Assembly: GCA_017499595.2 (NCBI GenBank)
Contig: CM039006.1
Span: 744,001 to 808,000 of the forward strand
Direction of reading: 5' to 3'
Length of the DNA stretch: 64,000 nt
DNA from: Psilocybe cubensis
Lineage: Eukaryota
The translations under genes and the position numbers were made by a program. The notes under the pieces were generated by a model, which did not search any database, was not told where the DNA came from, and worked only from the letters and a program-made list of their open reading frames with translations. Each line of letters begins with the position of its first letter. Within the stretch, counting starts at the first letter, position 1. Positions 13,555 through 25,172 of this stretch are shown in pieces.

Positions 13555-16500
13555 ACAAAGAAACGGGTTAAATTTGGAGATGGTTCGGGTTATAGGAACT
13601 CTTCTTCTTTACAATGAAGCGCTATAAATTTTTCTTTCCGTTTGAATAGTTTACCCTATGCGATATATTAAAATTCTACTACCACACCTCTTAATGTACA
13701 ACTAGCCGATATTTCTTAGAACATCAATTCTCACAAGTTCCACCATCCCTCCTCAAAATTTCCAAGGGAGTCTTCTATTACTAAAGACACGCTTTGCAGG
13801 AATCAGCTCCGGAAACCAAAGGATATCGATAGCGCGAGCTCCAGACGATGGGAAGACCACAAGCTTCTTTCTTCTCTCGCAGACGATGATCTACATTTCC
13901 CCATGCGGAGCTGCACCTCGTACATACTGCGGATCGCAAGATAGAGCGCGATACGCAATAATCCATTACAAATCTCACACCCACCCAGGTTTTTCAACGT
14001 CTACCTTACACAAGAAGCGCATGCGCAGCCTGTTGATTTTTGAATTTTTGAAATGAGTGCGTCGATCGTGGAATGAAAAGAAAAAGAATCGAACATACAA
14101 TAAATAAATCGAGCGCTGTTCGAGGTCCTGCCCCGCACGGGAGATCATGATCAAAGAGTTTAAAAATAGACTGCAGTGATCGATGATCAGTCAGAACTAT
14201 TTTTGGATGCTTTGTGTGCTTAGACCTGCGCGTCGGTATAGTCGGGTGCGCCTGGAGGCTTTGGTGAGGCTTCGATATTGGTAGAAGGCGAGGAGTTTTT
14301 TTGAAAGCGCGTGAATTGCTATGAATGTGGAACAAAAACTCTTTCATGGGCCAATAACAGTGTCCGACATCGGAGCTTTGAACCTTCGTTGAAAGTATTT
14401 TGGAACTAAGCAAAGATTTCATTGGGAACTTCAGGGTATCCGTCGTCTGACCTACAAAATAGTCTATGCATATCTGTGGCTTGTGCATATACACAGCAAG
14501 GACTAACTATTCGATGTGATAAGATTAGGACAGAATACATTCCGAGATGTTCGTAAGGGGTTCAGATGCCAAGCCTGAGGTTGACCTTTTCCGGCGAGGC
14601 GGAATCCTCGAGGCTTTGTGAAGCATAACCGTAGCTCGACGTATATTATATGTATTCTATACATGCACATCACATGCGCTATGCGGTAATAGCAAACGTC
14701 GCTGAGTTCCCTGCCGAGAGTGTCAGGGATATATACTTTTGCTGAGGCTGTGACCCGGCCTTCTACTAGTACTGTTGTACTTGTATGCCACTTGGGGATA
14801 TAAGAAACACAAGAGGAGCGCTTGGGAGGTGTGTTGTAGCACAAGCTGACCGGAAGACACTGTATGCGCAGCACGAGTGCGTTCTTGAGTACAAATGGCT
14901 TGAGGAAATGGTTAGCTACCTGGCTCACGGGGAGCACGACTCGTAGGTCGAAAATAACAATGATATATATTCATATTCATCTTCAGATATATTGATGTGG
15001 TGAGCATATAGCATTCAATTTCATGGCCTTCTGTAGCAAGTAAACTAAGTGGTTATGAATGAAGTGAATATCTATTGAAATCTCTGAAAAGCTTGGCCTA
15101 CTACTGCGAGTCCGTTGGATATAAATTCATATTATTATCCAAGAAACCTTAAGCTGTGCACCGGTACTGGGGCAATTAAATTGAGACGCATATGTATTGC
15201 TGCATGTTTCTATCGTATTGGACTTACCACTGTATTCTTGGCGCCTAACGATGCACAACGCCATAAAGTGATTGACTTCTTCTGACCAATTGAGTTTGTC
15301 GGCGTTTCGTTGTCATCGATTTAATATTGGAGCACGCATACTTAATATACCAAGGTGACAGATGAACAAGCATTCCCCGCGTTGAAGCTGTACATATCAC
15401 ACACCTAAGCAAGATGCTTGCCTGGCCTTGAACTTCAGGACAGATGTCTAAATTTACATCAGAGTTTGAGCTTTGCACAAGTACAATGATAATCAACCTC
15501 GATAGTGGTTATAATCAACCAACAACTCCGATTCAGAGTCCAGACCTCTATCCCTCCGAACCAGCACCAGTTATCGCCTCGGGCACAATAGAGCACATCT
15601 GTAAAAAATATACTATTCATGTTCGATCGAAGAGCAAGTGGCCATATCGACCGACGCCCGTACGTACGTATGGGAACACGGCAGCGATGTGGATTAGCTA
15701 TATCTGTTTCGTTGAGCAAGACCACGTTTTCAAAAATACAATATGATAGATAGAAAAACCATCAATGACAACCATCTCCGAGGGAAGTGAGCACTGGCAC
15801 TGCCAACCAGCTCGAGGCTCAAGCCCACTATACGCCTGGCGGGACACCTGGAACCCACATACCCAAATAATACATTGACGGTGCCGCCTCGGCTGACAAC
15901 ATTTGTGAATCAACTGCTCACTGGCAGCGCTGTGGTATCTGTCCTAAATTTGTCTGCTCTCTGGATGAGAATGCATAAGCCTAGAAGATCAAAGATAAGC
16001 ACAAAACACCATTATCTGTGTCAAAGCAAAGGTCGATGCACTCCCAAAAAACGGAGCAATCATAATGACCTGCTCACAGACTCCAGAGTTAGCCTCCAAC
16101 TGCCGAATCAATTGACGAGGGTCCAGCTAGAAGTTAAGCGATCCATTGCGTAGCGTGGAGTTTCTAATATTACGATCGTCGGCGGCGGCGGGTGAGTGTG
16201 AAGACGAGTATTTTTGACTGATCTTCGGGAGACGACGGGCGAGAACGTATGGCTCTTTGTCAGGTGTTTTCGCACTTCGGACTGCAGGCCACAGGTGAGC
16301 AATCAATTTATTATTCAATGCCGTGCCTTTGCAAGTCGCGCGTCATAATCGGTGACGTGAGCACTGACTGCAATGCGTAGTGCAATGCGCATAATGCACA
16401 CATAGTGCACTCCAAGGGTATTCAATGCCTCAAAGGCAGTGACGGACAGGTGCGTACCTGGTGAGGGAGGTATGGTGTGTATGACGTTCCTTTTGTTGAT

Positions 16501-18082
16501 GTGATGCAGTGGATACGTGAAATCGAGCTTGCGTCGGAAAGACCTAGCAAAGTTAATCACTGTTTTTTTTGTCACTAACATCCAAGTAATTTCCGAACAG
16601 TCGTAGCTTCAACGGTTGCAAATTAAGGAGGCCCGAGGGTTGACTGGACGACGCCCTGGCACCGCTGCTGGAGCACTTTGTTTTCGGCCATTCCGATCTG
16701 CATCGGACTATGAGAGTTGAGAAGGGTCAAAGTTAGAAGCAACTCAACTGAGTATGAGCATTGATATTGAATGGCTAACTGACACTGACCCTCAGCGGGG
16801 CACGGAATGTATTTCTCGGTGTCTATGACCCCGATGCTTACCGGTACCGGCGTTGTTGTCAAAGTTTGATACAATTCACGTTCCAGAGTGCAACCTAACC
16901 CAAGAAGCGACACGAAAATCAGTATCAGTCTTCTAGGTTTGGTTTAAACCCACTGAGTGGATATGTTAAATCAGTAAAAAGAAGTCTAAGAGCTCTCATG
17001 CTCACTTGGGCTTGCGAGTGAAAAATTAGTGGAAGACGTGATAAATTCCGACGATTACGCTATTACAGAAGCAAAAGTTATGCGGGACTCGTGCTCGTGC
17101 TGGCTTGTCCCCCATAGAACGTTTTCCACTCTGAGATAAAATGCCCAACAAGCACTTTCCGTCGCACCGGAAATGTGCGTAGAGTGCGGTTCGGCTAAAG
17201 ATTGCTAATTGGCGGTGCTGGAGAAGTTGGAAGCATTTTTTACGGTGCTGGGTCTATGTTTGGACAATGTCCCATGCCTTGAGTTGTCGCTTCGACTCTC
17301 GAGTCAACTTTACCTCGTAGAGGCCTTGATTGGAGTGGGCCTAGAATCTTTTTTTTTAAAAAAAGTGCCAATATGATTCGTGTAAGGCCCTAGTAAGGCC
17401 ATCAGAGGCATTGTATATGTTGTGGCCTATGACCCTTGCGACGGTAAGTAATTGAAGCTTGGAGGTAGAGAGGCCCGAAGCCTACCTCGATTTGCCTTAC
17501 GAGATGACAATAATCCCGCCTTTCTGTGCTAACACCGGTTAGTTATGCGGGAAATAGATGTTTATTTCTATTTTTTTGCGTGGACCAAGCCGGTACAGAG
17601 TTGTAGATGGCCCCAAAGACCCTAATAGAGAGTGGCGTCCTAGTGTAAGGGCCTGAGAAGGGTCGTCTAGATACAGTCACTGGTGGCCAATGCACAGCGG
17701 TACAATCATGATTTAGGCCTTGGTCGATGAAATCAAAAGAAATCAGATACGGTGGTGAATGAAAATCTGGACTGGGATATTGAGAGAGAAAGAGATCTAG
17801 AAACGGCCGGGCATTGAAGGAGGACAATGATAGCAGAGGGCCACGTGAAAGAGAAAATGAGGATCAAGGATGAAGCGATAAAAGTGGGAGTTCTTGAGAG
17901 ATTCCAATCGGAGATAATCGGGGTGTTCTGGGTCCTGGCCACCCGTCACAGTTCCCAGCTTATTCTGTTCCGTAACTGAGCGTCTCACTTTGTGCCTCTC
18001 ACCCTCGTGGCCTGAGCATGCACTATAAAACCCACTCGTCCTTGCAAACTTTTTTACTCATTTTCCCCACTTCGAATTTAGC

Positions 18083-18537
18083 ATGACTTTCGCTACAGAA
18101 TCCCCAGAGCTCAGCCCCATAATGCAAAACGATGCGCACTTTGCCTTTGCGCGAATCAATGGGTCTGACGTCCATCTTGTACAAGGTCAGTTTCGCGATT
18201 TTGTCAACCCTTTCTCGATTTTAATTCGTTCAAAACAGCGTCGTCTTTCAAATCGCCTATAGCCCCTGTAGACGTCAAAGTCTTCAAGCACGAGTTTATC
18301 TACATTTTCCGGCTCGCCAAGTCGTGCACCGTGCATCCTGCAGAGATCTCGTTCCTGGAGACCATAGATGACCGTCACGCGCTCTATGAAGAAGAGGGCG
18401 AAAAGGTGTATCTTACGAGGGAGATGATGCAAAAGATGCAAAACTACAACTGCGATCCTCGCTTCCGCAAGCAGGTCCCAAAATCTCCGCGGCCTGTTGT
18501 ATCGAACCAGCGCCAACAACGGCAACGACAATATTGA
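18083..18537 (+). CDS. Small two-exon hypothetical protein (125 aa)
   Basis: TATAAAA near 18024, ATG 18083, intron 18186-18262 (GTCAGT...TAG). Exons 103+275 nt join in frame: MTFATESPELSPIMQNDAHFAFARINGSDVHLVQAPVDVKVFKHEFIYIFRLAKSCTVHPAEISFLE... Confidence 0.7.
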
Positions 18538-19931
18538 ATGCCACCATTATATCCCCTTTCATCTCCACGAAGCGACATGGAAGCAAGGAAGCTCTTTCTT
18601 CCCTTTTCTTGCTGCTTTCGACCTCTCCACCGCCGTTCTCATTCCATCCAAGACTCCGAATCACGTTCATGAACCCCCATTTCACGTCCATATTCAACCA
18701 TAGAACTTCTCACGACACACTCTCCTTCCATATTTCTCTTTCCCGCATAACTGCAACCCTTCTCCCCTAGGCGGCGCAATCCCGCCATATTCTTGTCTCG
18801 ACCCATCAGGTTTCCGACCCCATCACATCTCTCTTTCTCGCTCATCGGACACAGCATTTTTTTCTCTTTTCTTCTTGCATCGCACATTACCGCATTTGTA
18901 TTTTTACACACAATCATCATAACAACTGCATTTTTATGAAGAAAGTGATTCATATTTCGTACCCTTGTATCGCAGCGCATCGTAACTTCCATTTTTGTCA
19001 ACTTTCAAAATTGAGCTCGGCGCAGGCTCGGCAGACAAGGACACCGGACACTACACGCTCCATTTATCTCTGTACAGTGTAAAGGTACCCAAAACATGGA
19101 GAGGAAGGAAAAGTATTTAGCGAACTTTACACTGCTGAGGTTACTTAGATAATGCTCCAAAGTTGTATTTACCTTAAAATCATTTTATGTGTCCCACAAT
19201 TTACCAAAGAAGTCGTGAAATTAAAAAAATCCATGCCAATGCGCGTCTGCATGAAGCAGTCTTCCAAGGTTTTCAGTTTGTACAAGCATTTGATTATGAA
19301 GTGTTTACGAGTCCTCCTGTAGAAGAATTCGTTTTGTATCATCGACCTCCAGCCAAAATTTTGAAATGCTTATTGAGCCGGCGATCAATCGGCACGCTTT
19401 ATCGGAGATTGAATGAGCTATTTTCGCCATTTCGGCTTGAAGGTCGGTCTTTGAATTTCAGCTGCTGTCAAACGTCTATGGCTTTTCGCAGGGAATGAAA
19501 CGCTTTTTGAGCCGGTAATGGCTCGGCAAAAAGGTTGGAACTTCAAATAACTTTCTACTCAACATTGCTGAGAATTTGTTTGAATTTCAAAGGTTTCTTG
19601 TTGCTTATAGCATTAAATGCTTACTTATTTATGTAGATCTAATCAATTTACTAGTTTGTCATGGACAATTCAGAGCCAATTCAGTGACACAATTCAGAGG
19701 CAATTCTGGTCATTAGAAGCGTGGGACAACACTCAATTGCCTCAGAATCAGAATTGCTAAAGCAGCACAGAATTACAATTTTGCCTCTATGAATTCAATC
19801 TTAAATAATTTGCTCTTCTCAAAATCTGTAGTTTCTGAAGCAATTTAAAAGCTTCTTAAGGATGTTTCTACCATATGTGTTGAGAGCAACAAGCACGTGC
19901 CATAGTGCTCTACAAGTACAATGTCAGTATT

Positions 19932-20334
19932 TGTTGGAATACGGATGTTGTTACATGGTTCATTCACTCTTTTGTTTTCTTTCCTTTTCTTTCTACTTCC
20001 TGTTTTGTACTTTCACCTTCCTTATTCGACATTTGGAACACTGGATCCGAGAGCCCCTGTCCAATCACAAATCCAGTAGTCATCCTTCCCATATCGTTCA
20101 ACGCATCACCTTCGTATATTCTTCATCAGCTTCCGTAGCTACGAGCAGCTCACTTATACAGACCAGTTCTAGTTTTTGCACCTTAGTCTTTCTTCCCTTT
20201 GACTGAGGTACATTTGCTTTTATGTTGTTTCTACAAGATAGCTAATGTAGTTTACAGACTCACCGTGTGTTCAGGTTCATAATAGAGTCTTTCTTCCCTT
20301 TGACTGAGACTTACCGTGTGTTCAGTTTCCTTCA
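19932..20334 (+). repeat. 5' LTR of Copia element A
   Basis: TGTTGG...TTCA. Direct repeat of 45751-46153 with about 17 substitutions by eye, all transitions. Confidence 0.95.
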
Positions 20335-20346
20335 GGTTATGGGCCC
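20335..20346 (+). promoter_or_regulatory. Primer-binding site of element A (internal tRNA-iMet, half-tRNA type)
   Basis: GGTTATGGGCCC immediately after the LTR is complementary (with one G-U pair) to the initiator-tRNA anticodon arm GGGCUCAUAACC, as in copia/Ty5-type elements. Confidence 0.8.
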
Positions 20347-20466
20347 CAAACGCGCCTGAATCAAACAAACACACCATCAGACTCAGCTGTCAGACTCGTC
20401 TAGCATACTCTCAAGGGATATCAATTCTCTCTAGCATCAAACTCATATACACTCCATTTTGTCAAA

Positions 20467-22332
20467 ATGTTGGCCACGGCAGGGGATGTCCCTAATGCTG
20501 CCCATACAACCATCAATAATATCACAATGAGCTCTAAAATTACACCTGCAAATGCGAAAGTCAATCACATTGTCAATCTCGAGGAAACATTGAACTTCAT
20601 TGCTTGGAGAGACGATATGAGGAACATCTTAAAGGACTGTGGAGTCTATGGGCACATAGAGGGATCCGAAAAGAGAACTGCACGATACCATATGTCACTG
20701 AAACCCACAGAACCTGCAGATGACACTTTGGACGATGTGATTGCAGCCTATCAAAAGTGGTGGAGCAATGATGACAGTGCTAAAACACTGATAACTAGAA
20801 AGGTTTCAGCGCTCGTCAAATCCAATCTGAATGCAGGAGAGGACGTCACTGCACAAATGGTATGGAATCAGATAATGACCAGATATGCTCGGGTCAACAT
20901 CAACGCTCAATTTGCCATTAAAGAGAGGTTAGCATCAATCAAGCTCAAAGACTATACAGAGATTGAGAAGTACCTTGACAAATTTCGTACCGGCAGGGAA
21001 CGACTCAAAGACATGTGGGTTGATTACCAAGAAGGTGATATCATTCATCATATTATTCGAGGTCTACCATCATCGGGAGTCTGGCCAAACTTCAAACAGC
21101 TGATGATTCAGCTCTATTAGGATACGCTGGATCGAGACAAAACAGCAACAGATGAAGAACGTACCCCATCCGCACCAAATACTGCTTTAGAGAGGATCAC
21201 TGCACGACTTACCATTGAATGTCAACGTCTTGAAGCAGAAGCGGGCTCAAAATGTCACCCTCCGGGTTCCAAATACTCCAATTTCTCTAATGACAGTTGT
21301 CCCATTGCCAAGCACGCCAATAATCCAAATAGAGTGCGATGCACTAACTGTCAAAACCGTTCCCATGACAAAGATCATTGTTGGGCGAAAGGCGGTGGAA
21401 TGGAAGGCCAGGGTCCAGCATATCGAGCAGCACTGACAGCCAAGAAGACAAAATCGGTGTCTATTGCAATTGAAGCTGGCTCTGTAGAAAGTGGAGAAAT
21501 ATCCTGTGCACTCATTGAAGAATTCATTGATGGGAACGTACCAGAACCCATTGCGGCATCCGCAAATACCAGATCTTTCCTGTCAATGTCAATCCTGTTG
21601 GACTCTGGGGCAATCTCTCACATAGTCAAATCACAAGCGCTGTTCCACACGTACTCCAAGAGCGATGCTAGGAACGTCACGACGGCAAATCTAAGAACTT
21701 TAAGAACTCAAGGGGGAGGGAACATGTATACTGGATATTACTTACAAGGGAAAGACCATTAAACTCCGGCTTAACAACTGCCTCCATGCTCCGTCAGCCG
21801 CAGTAAACCTGCTCTCTGTCAGTCGCTTATACATTGCAGGGACTCTTGGTTGCAACTTTCAACCCAAATCCGGTATTCACCTCTCCAAAAGGGGCGTCGA
21901 ATTTGCTTCCGCTTCACTTATCCATGGTCTATTTGCAATGGATAATACCATGTTTGTTCCTACAAACAATAATTCATCCGTTGAACGTGCAATGTATGTG
22001 AAGGTGCCGGAAACACTCCACCTTCAACATCTTTGACTGGGACATCCTGGTGAACAAGCGACGTGGATACTAGTTCAAAGAGTCATGAAGTTAAATATCA
22101 AAGACAAAAATATCAAATGCAAACCTTGTATTGTTGCCAAACACATGGCTACCCCGCATCCGCCAAGATCACTTGGCCAGCGCGCTTATCAGCCACTCAA
22201 ACTTATTGTTGCGGACACCTGTGGCCCTTTTCCTGTCAAAACGCCTCATCACAAAGAGTTCTTTGTCGCATTCCGTTGTTCCGGGATGAAGGTAAATAAC
22301 ATACAACTTACCGCGGATAAAACGGCAGATAC
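20467..22332 (+). pseudogene. Copia gag-protease-integrase N-terminus (disrupted)
   Basis: Gag ORF 20467-21120 ends in a premature TAG. Zinc knuckle CTNCQNRSHDKDHC, protease LLDSGAISH, integrase LGHP...CKPC...ADTCGPF. Frameshifts. Cut by element B at 22333. Confidence 0.9.
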
Positions 22333-22609
22333 TGTTAGGAATTGACTTAAGTCAAGAGAGAAGAGTGCCCAAAGACCAAGTTGATATCAAAGCTGGGGTC
22401 TGACTACTGACCCCAGGACCCTATATATACATGGAGACCGGAGTAACTACTTCCCGGACCAGAGTACTCAACATATGACAACTATCAATAGATGAAACAG
22501 GAGAACAATAGACGTGGGACCGAACACAAAGATAGAACAAGGCATGACAGCGTGGAACCGTAACAGATAACGATAACGGATAGGGGTGGCACCAATACGT
22601 ATCCTGACA
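22333..22609 (-). repeat. 3' LTR of element B (277 bp)
   Basis: Minus strand reads TGTCAGG...CCTAACA, preceded by the PPT. About 7 transitions versus the other LTR. Confidence 0.92.
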
Positions 22610-22650
22610 TCACCTCCCCTCTAAAGGTCGGTGTCCCAACGACCTGGTCT

Positions 22651-23348
22651 TCACCGTGGACGGTTTGCACCAAAGACACGAGGCGGTCCACCGCCACGAC
22701 GCGCGGTCTGAATTCCCTCCCTAGGCTGAACAGGCCCGGGGCAAGAGTAACCGTTAGAGTGTTGCTGCGGAGCCCTGAGAGCGTCCACCTCCATAGGCGA
22801 ACCAGGGGCGAGCAACGAGGATGGGCTGGAGCGAGTGTCAACAGCCGTAGGAGTGGAAAAATGCGGAGAAGCCGTCCCGGAACGGGATGTCCGCGTAGTT
22901 GGGGTAGAGCTCGAGGTTGGAGTAGGAGAAGGAGGTTCAACGACGAGGGTAGGAGGGGCAGCAGTGGGCGCAGGAGGCTGTTTAGGCTTCTTGGACCTAG
23001 GGTTGCGGATGCGACGACGGGCAATCCGCTTGCCAATAGCAGAAAGAGCATCACCAACTTCACGAGCGGTGCCCCTGATAGTGACGGCACGCAAACCGGA
23101 GGTGACGACAGGGGAGACCGAGATCTTTGCATGCGAGATGTCGTGGATTTGGCGTAAGCCAGTTCCCGCGCGCCCTATAACGTGGCCAGCCTGTTCGTCC
23201 GCAATAGACAGGGTAGCGACGATCTTCTCGAGGGCGGCTTTGGTAGTAGTAGAGCGGATGGATTGGGAGTGCGGGGGCCCTGTAGTAGGGATAGAGGTAG
23301 GTGCAGCCGGGCGTTTCTTCCTAGAGGTGCGTCGAGCGCGAGGTGCGC
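22651..23348 (-). CDS. C-terminal part of element B ORF: type I KH domain plus Pro/Ser/Thr-rich tail
   Basis: KIVATLSIADEQAGHVIGRAGTGLRQIHDISHAKISVS...RAVTIRGTAREVGDALSAI (about 23035-23226) matches the KH GxxG fold pattern. Joins in frame to 41253-41455 once element C and one TSD copy are removed. Confidence 0.85.
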
Positions 23349-24977
23349 TATCATACCCCAATCCTGATTGGAGATGAGATGTTCATTTTGGATCTACACA
23401 CGACGCCCTCAACCCAAGCAGTCATTCTTTCCATAAGTCATCCACACATCTTATCTTATCAACACTTGTCACATGGAAGCCACGTTATTCCGGATCATGT
23501 CACTTCGTCAGATCATCAAGGCTATGCGACGGATCAGTCAACCATCAAACTGCATAGCTTTCTACACTGCCTTGCACAGCCGGACTGTCAACTCTATTTT
23601 TATCAATTCAATGGTCTTACTCAGCGTCAGGCTGCGGATTACTCATTCCAACTTATTTTTGGTTTGTCTTACTCATCCTTTTGTGTTTATTTATATCTTT
23701 TCTATTGTCTGTTGCGCTTTTATTGTCTTTGTCTTACCAATCTTCTATGCTTTCTGACTCATCCTTGCTTCTTTTATCTAATCTGTATTACCATTCACCT
23801 TCGTCATACACTTCTTTCTTACTCATCCTATTCATTTCTTATCTGTCGTCGTGTCGATATTGACATGTCTTATTGTTCTTGCTTATTGTTACACTTGCGT
23901 AGCCTCATTCTTGACACTTTGTACAGTATATGACTCGGTTTTCAGTAGCTTAGATTGGTATTTCGTTCACGTAGCTTTTAGTATAAAAGCTGTAGTAGAA
24001 TTACACGAAATGACAGGAAAGTTACACCCAGTCCCCACTTTCTTCAAAGCAAGTCAATTTTCATCCAAGTCAAGTCAATTTCAAGTCAATCCACATCGAT
24101 TCATTTCAATTCCAAGCTCAAGTTCAAGCCAAGCCCAAACCCAAGTCCAATTCAGTCATCAGTTCCACCCTCCGTCGAGACCAAGTTTACTTCCATTCAT
24201 CCGAAGTCATCTCGCTTTCCATTAAGAGAGGATTTCATCCGAGACCAGTCATCCTCCTCATCCAACGCCTCTTCTTCTCAGAGTTGAATATCCAACTTCT
24301 ATCCAGACCTCCAGTACTTCCCTACTTCCTCTCCTCCATTCAATCCGTCACCGCTCCTACTCTTTCTACACCTTCCAACCATCGCCGTTAGGAGTGTATT
24401 CAAGACATCCTTTCCCTCCGTCAACTCATCTGGAGCGATTTCATTCGAGACAGACTTAGTCTTTCATCCTCGATTCAGTCAATACTCCTGCGACGTATAG
24501 CTTCATTCCAAGCTTCAGAAAGATTGTCAATTTAAAGACACTTTCACCATTCTTCAAGATTCAGCCCGTTAACGACATTCCGACTCCTAGTCATCTTCTT
24601 ATCTCCCCTCGGAACGTCCCCCACTCACTTCAGACAACCCCTCTAAGATTCACATTTATTGATTTCTCATACGCAATCTACGCATCTTCTTCACGCTTTC
24701 CATATACACCCGCCATCCAATTCCACGGTTCCATCCCATTTTCGGAAGGCTTATTTACTATCGTACCCAGACGACCCGGTTATCCTCTTCTTACTATTTC
24801 GCTTTCATTACCCTTCACAATCCACACCATCCTAATCTACTTAAATCCTAGGCAGCGTCCTCCCTTAAGAAACTTAGGAGAAGGTTTCGTCCTATCCAGT
24901 CTGGACCACTCTTTCCCTGGGGTTTGTGTTTGTTGGATTACATATAGTTTATAACCAATCACAAACTTCGATCTTCA
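23349..24977 (+). repeat. 5' LTR of element C
   Basis: TATCATACC...TCTTCA, near-identical to 39624-41252 (4 differences seen). TATAAAAG at 23982-23989. Confidence 0.96.
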
Positions 24978-24979
24978 TC

Positions 24980-24996
24980 TGGAGCCCACCGCGAGG
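24980..24996 (+). promoter_or_regulatory. tRNA-type primer-binding site of element C
   Basis: TGGAGCCCACCGCGAGG starts 2 nt after the LTR. TGG is complementary to a tRNA CCA end. The cognate tRNA was not identified. Confidence 0.75.
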
Positions 24997-25172
24997 GAGG
25001 GTTAATTAGGATTTTATATTAGGAACACAGCAATCTACCACTTTATCACTTCCATTCCATCCATTTCGACTCTTTTTCTTTACAGGTTACTTCGCTTCGC
25101 TGGTCTATTCTCTAGGCAACTCTAGGCAACAATTCTAGGCGACACTTTCTGACTCTGTAACTGGTTTACGCT

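Noticed and set aside
13700..17300. Scattered 60-160 aa ORFs and isolated splice-like signals
   Set aside because: No coherent exon chain and no recognisable domains.
19660..19860. CAATTC/AATT-rich stretch left of Copia A, loosely similar to 46540-46700
   Set aside because: No alignable repeat or terminal structure could be defined by eye.
24045..24160. Short CAAGTCAA/CAAG repeats, considered as CRISPR-like
   Set aside because: Irregular low-complexity repeats within an LTR, with no constant repeat-spacer period and no cas genes in a eukaryotic context.
23343..24225. Hydrophobic ORFs inside the C LTRs (repeated at 39.5-40.5 kb and 44.8-45.5 kb)
   Set aside because: They appear in several frames of T-rich LTR sequence and are altered in the solo LTR, so a compositional artefact is more likely than an env-like gene.
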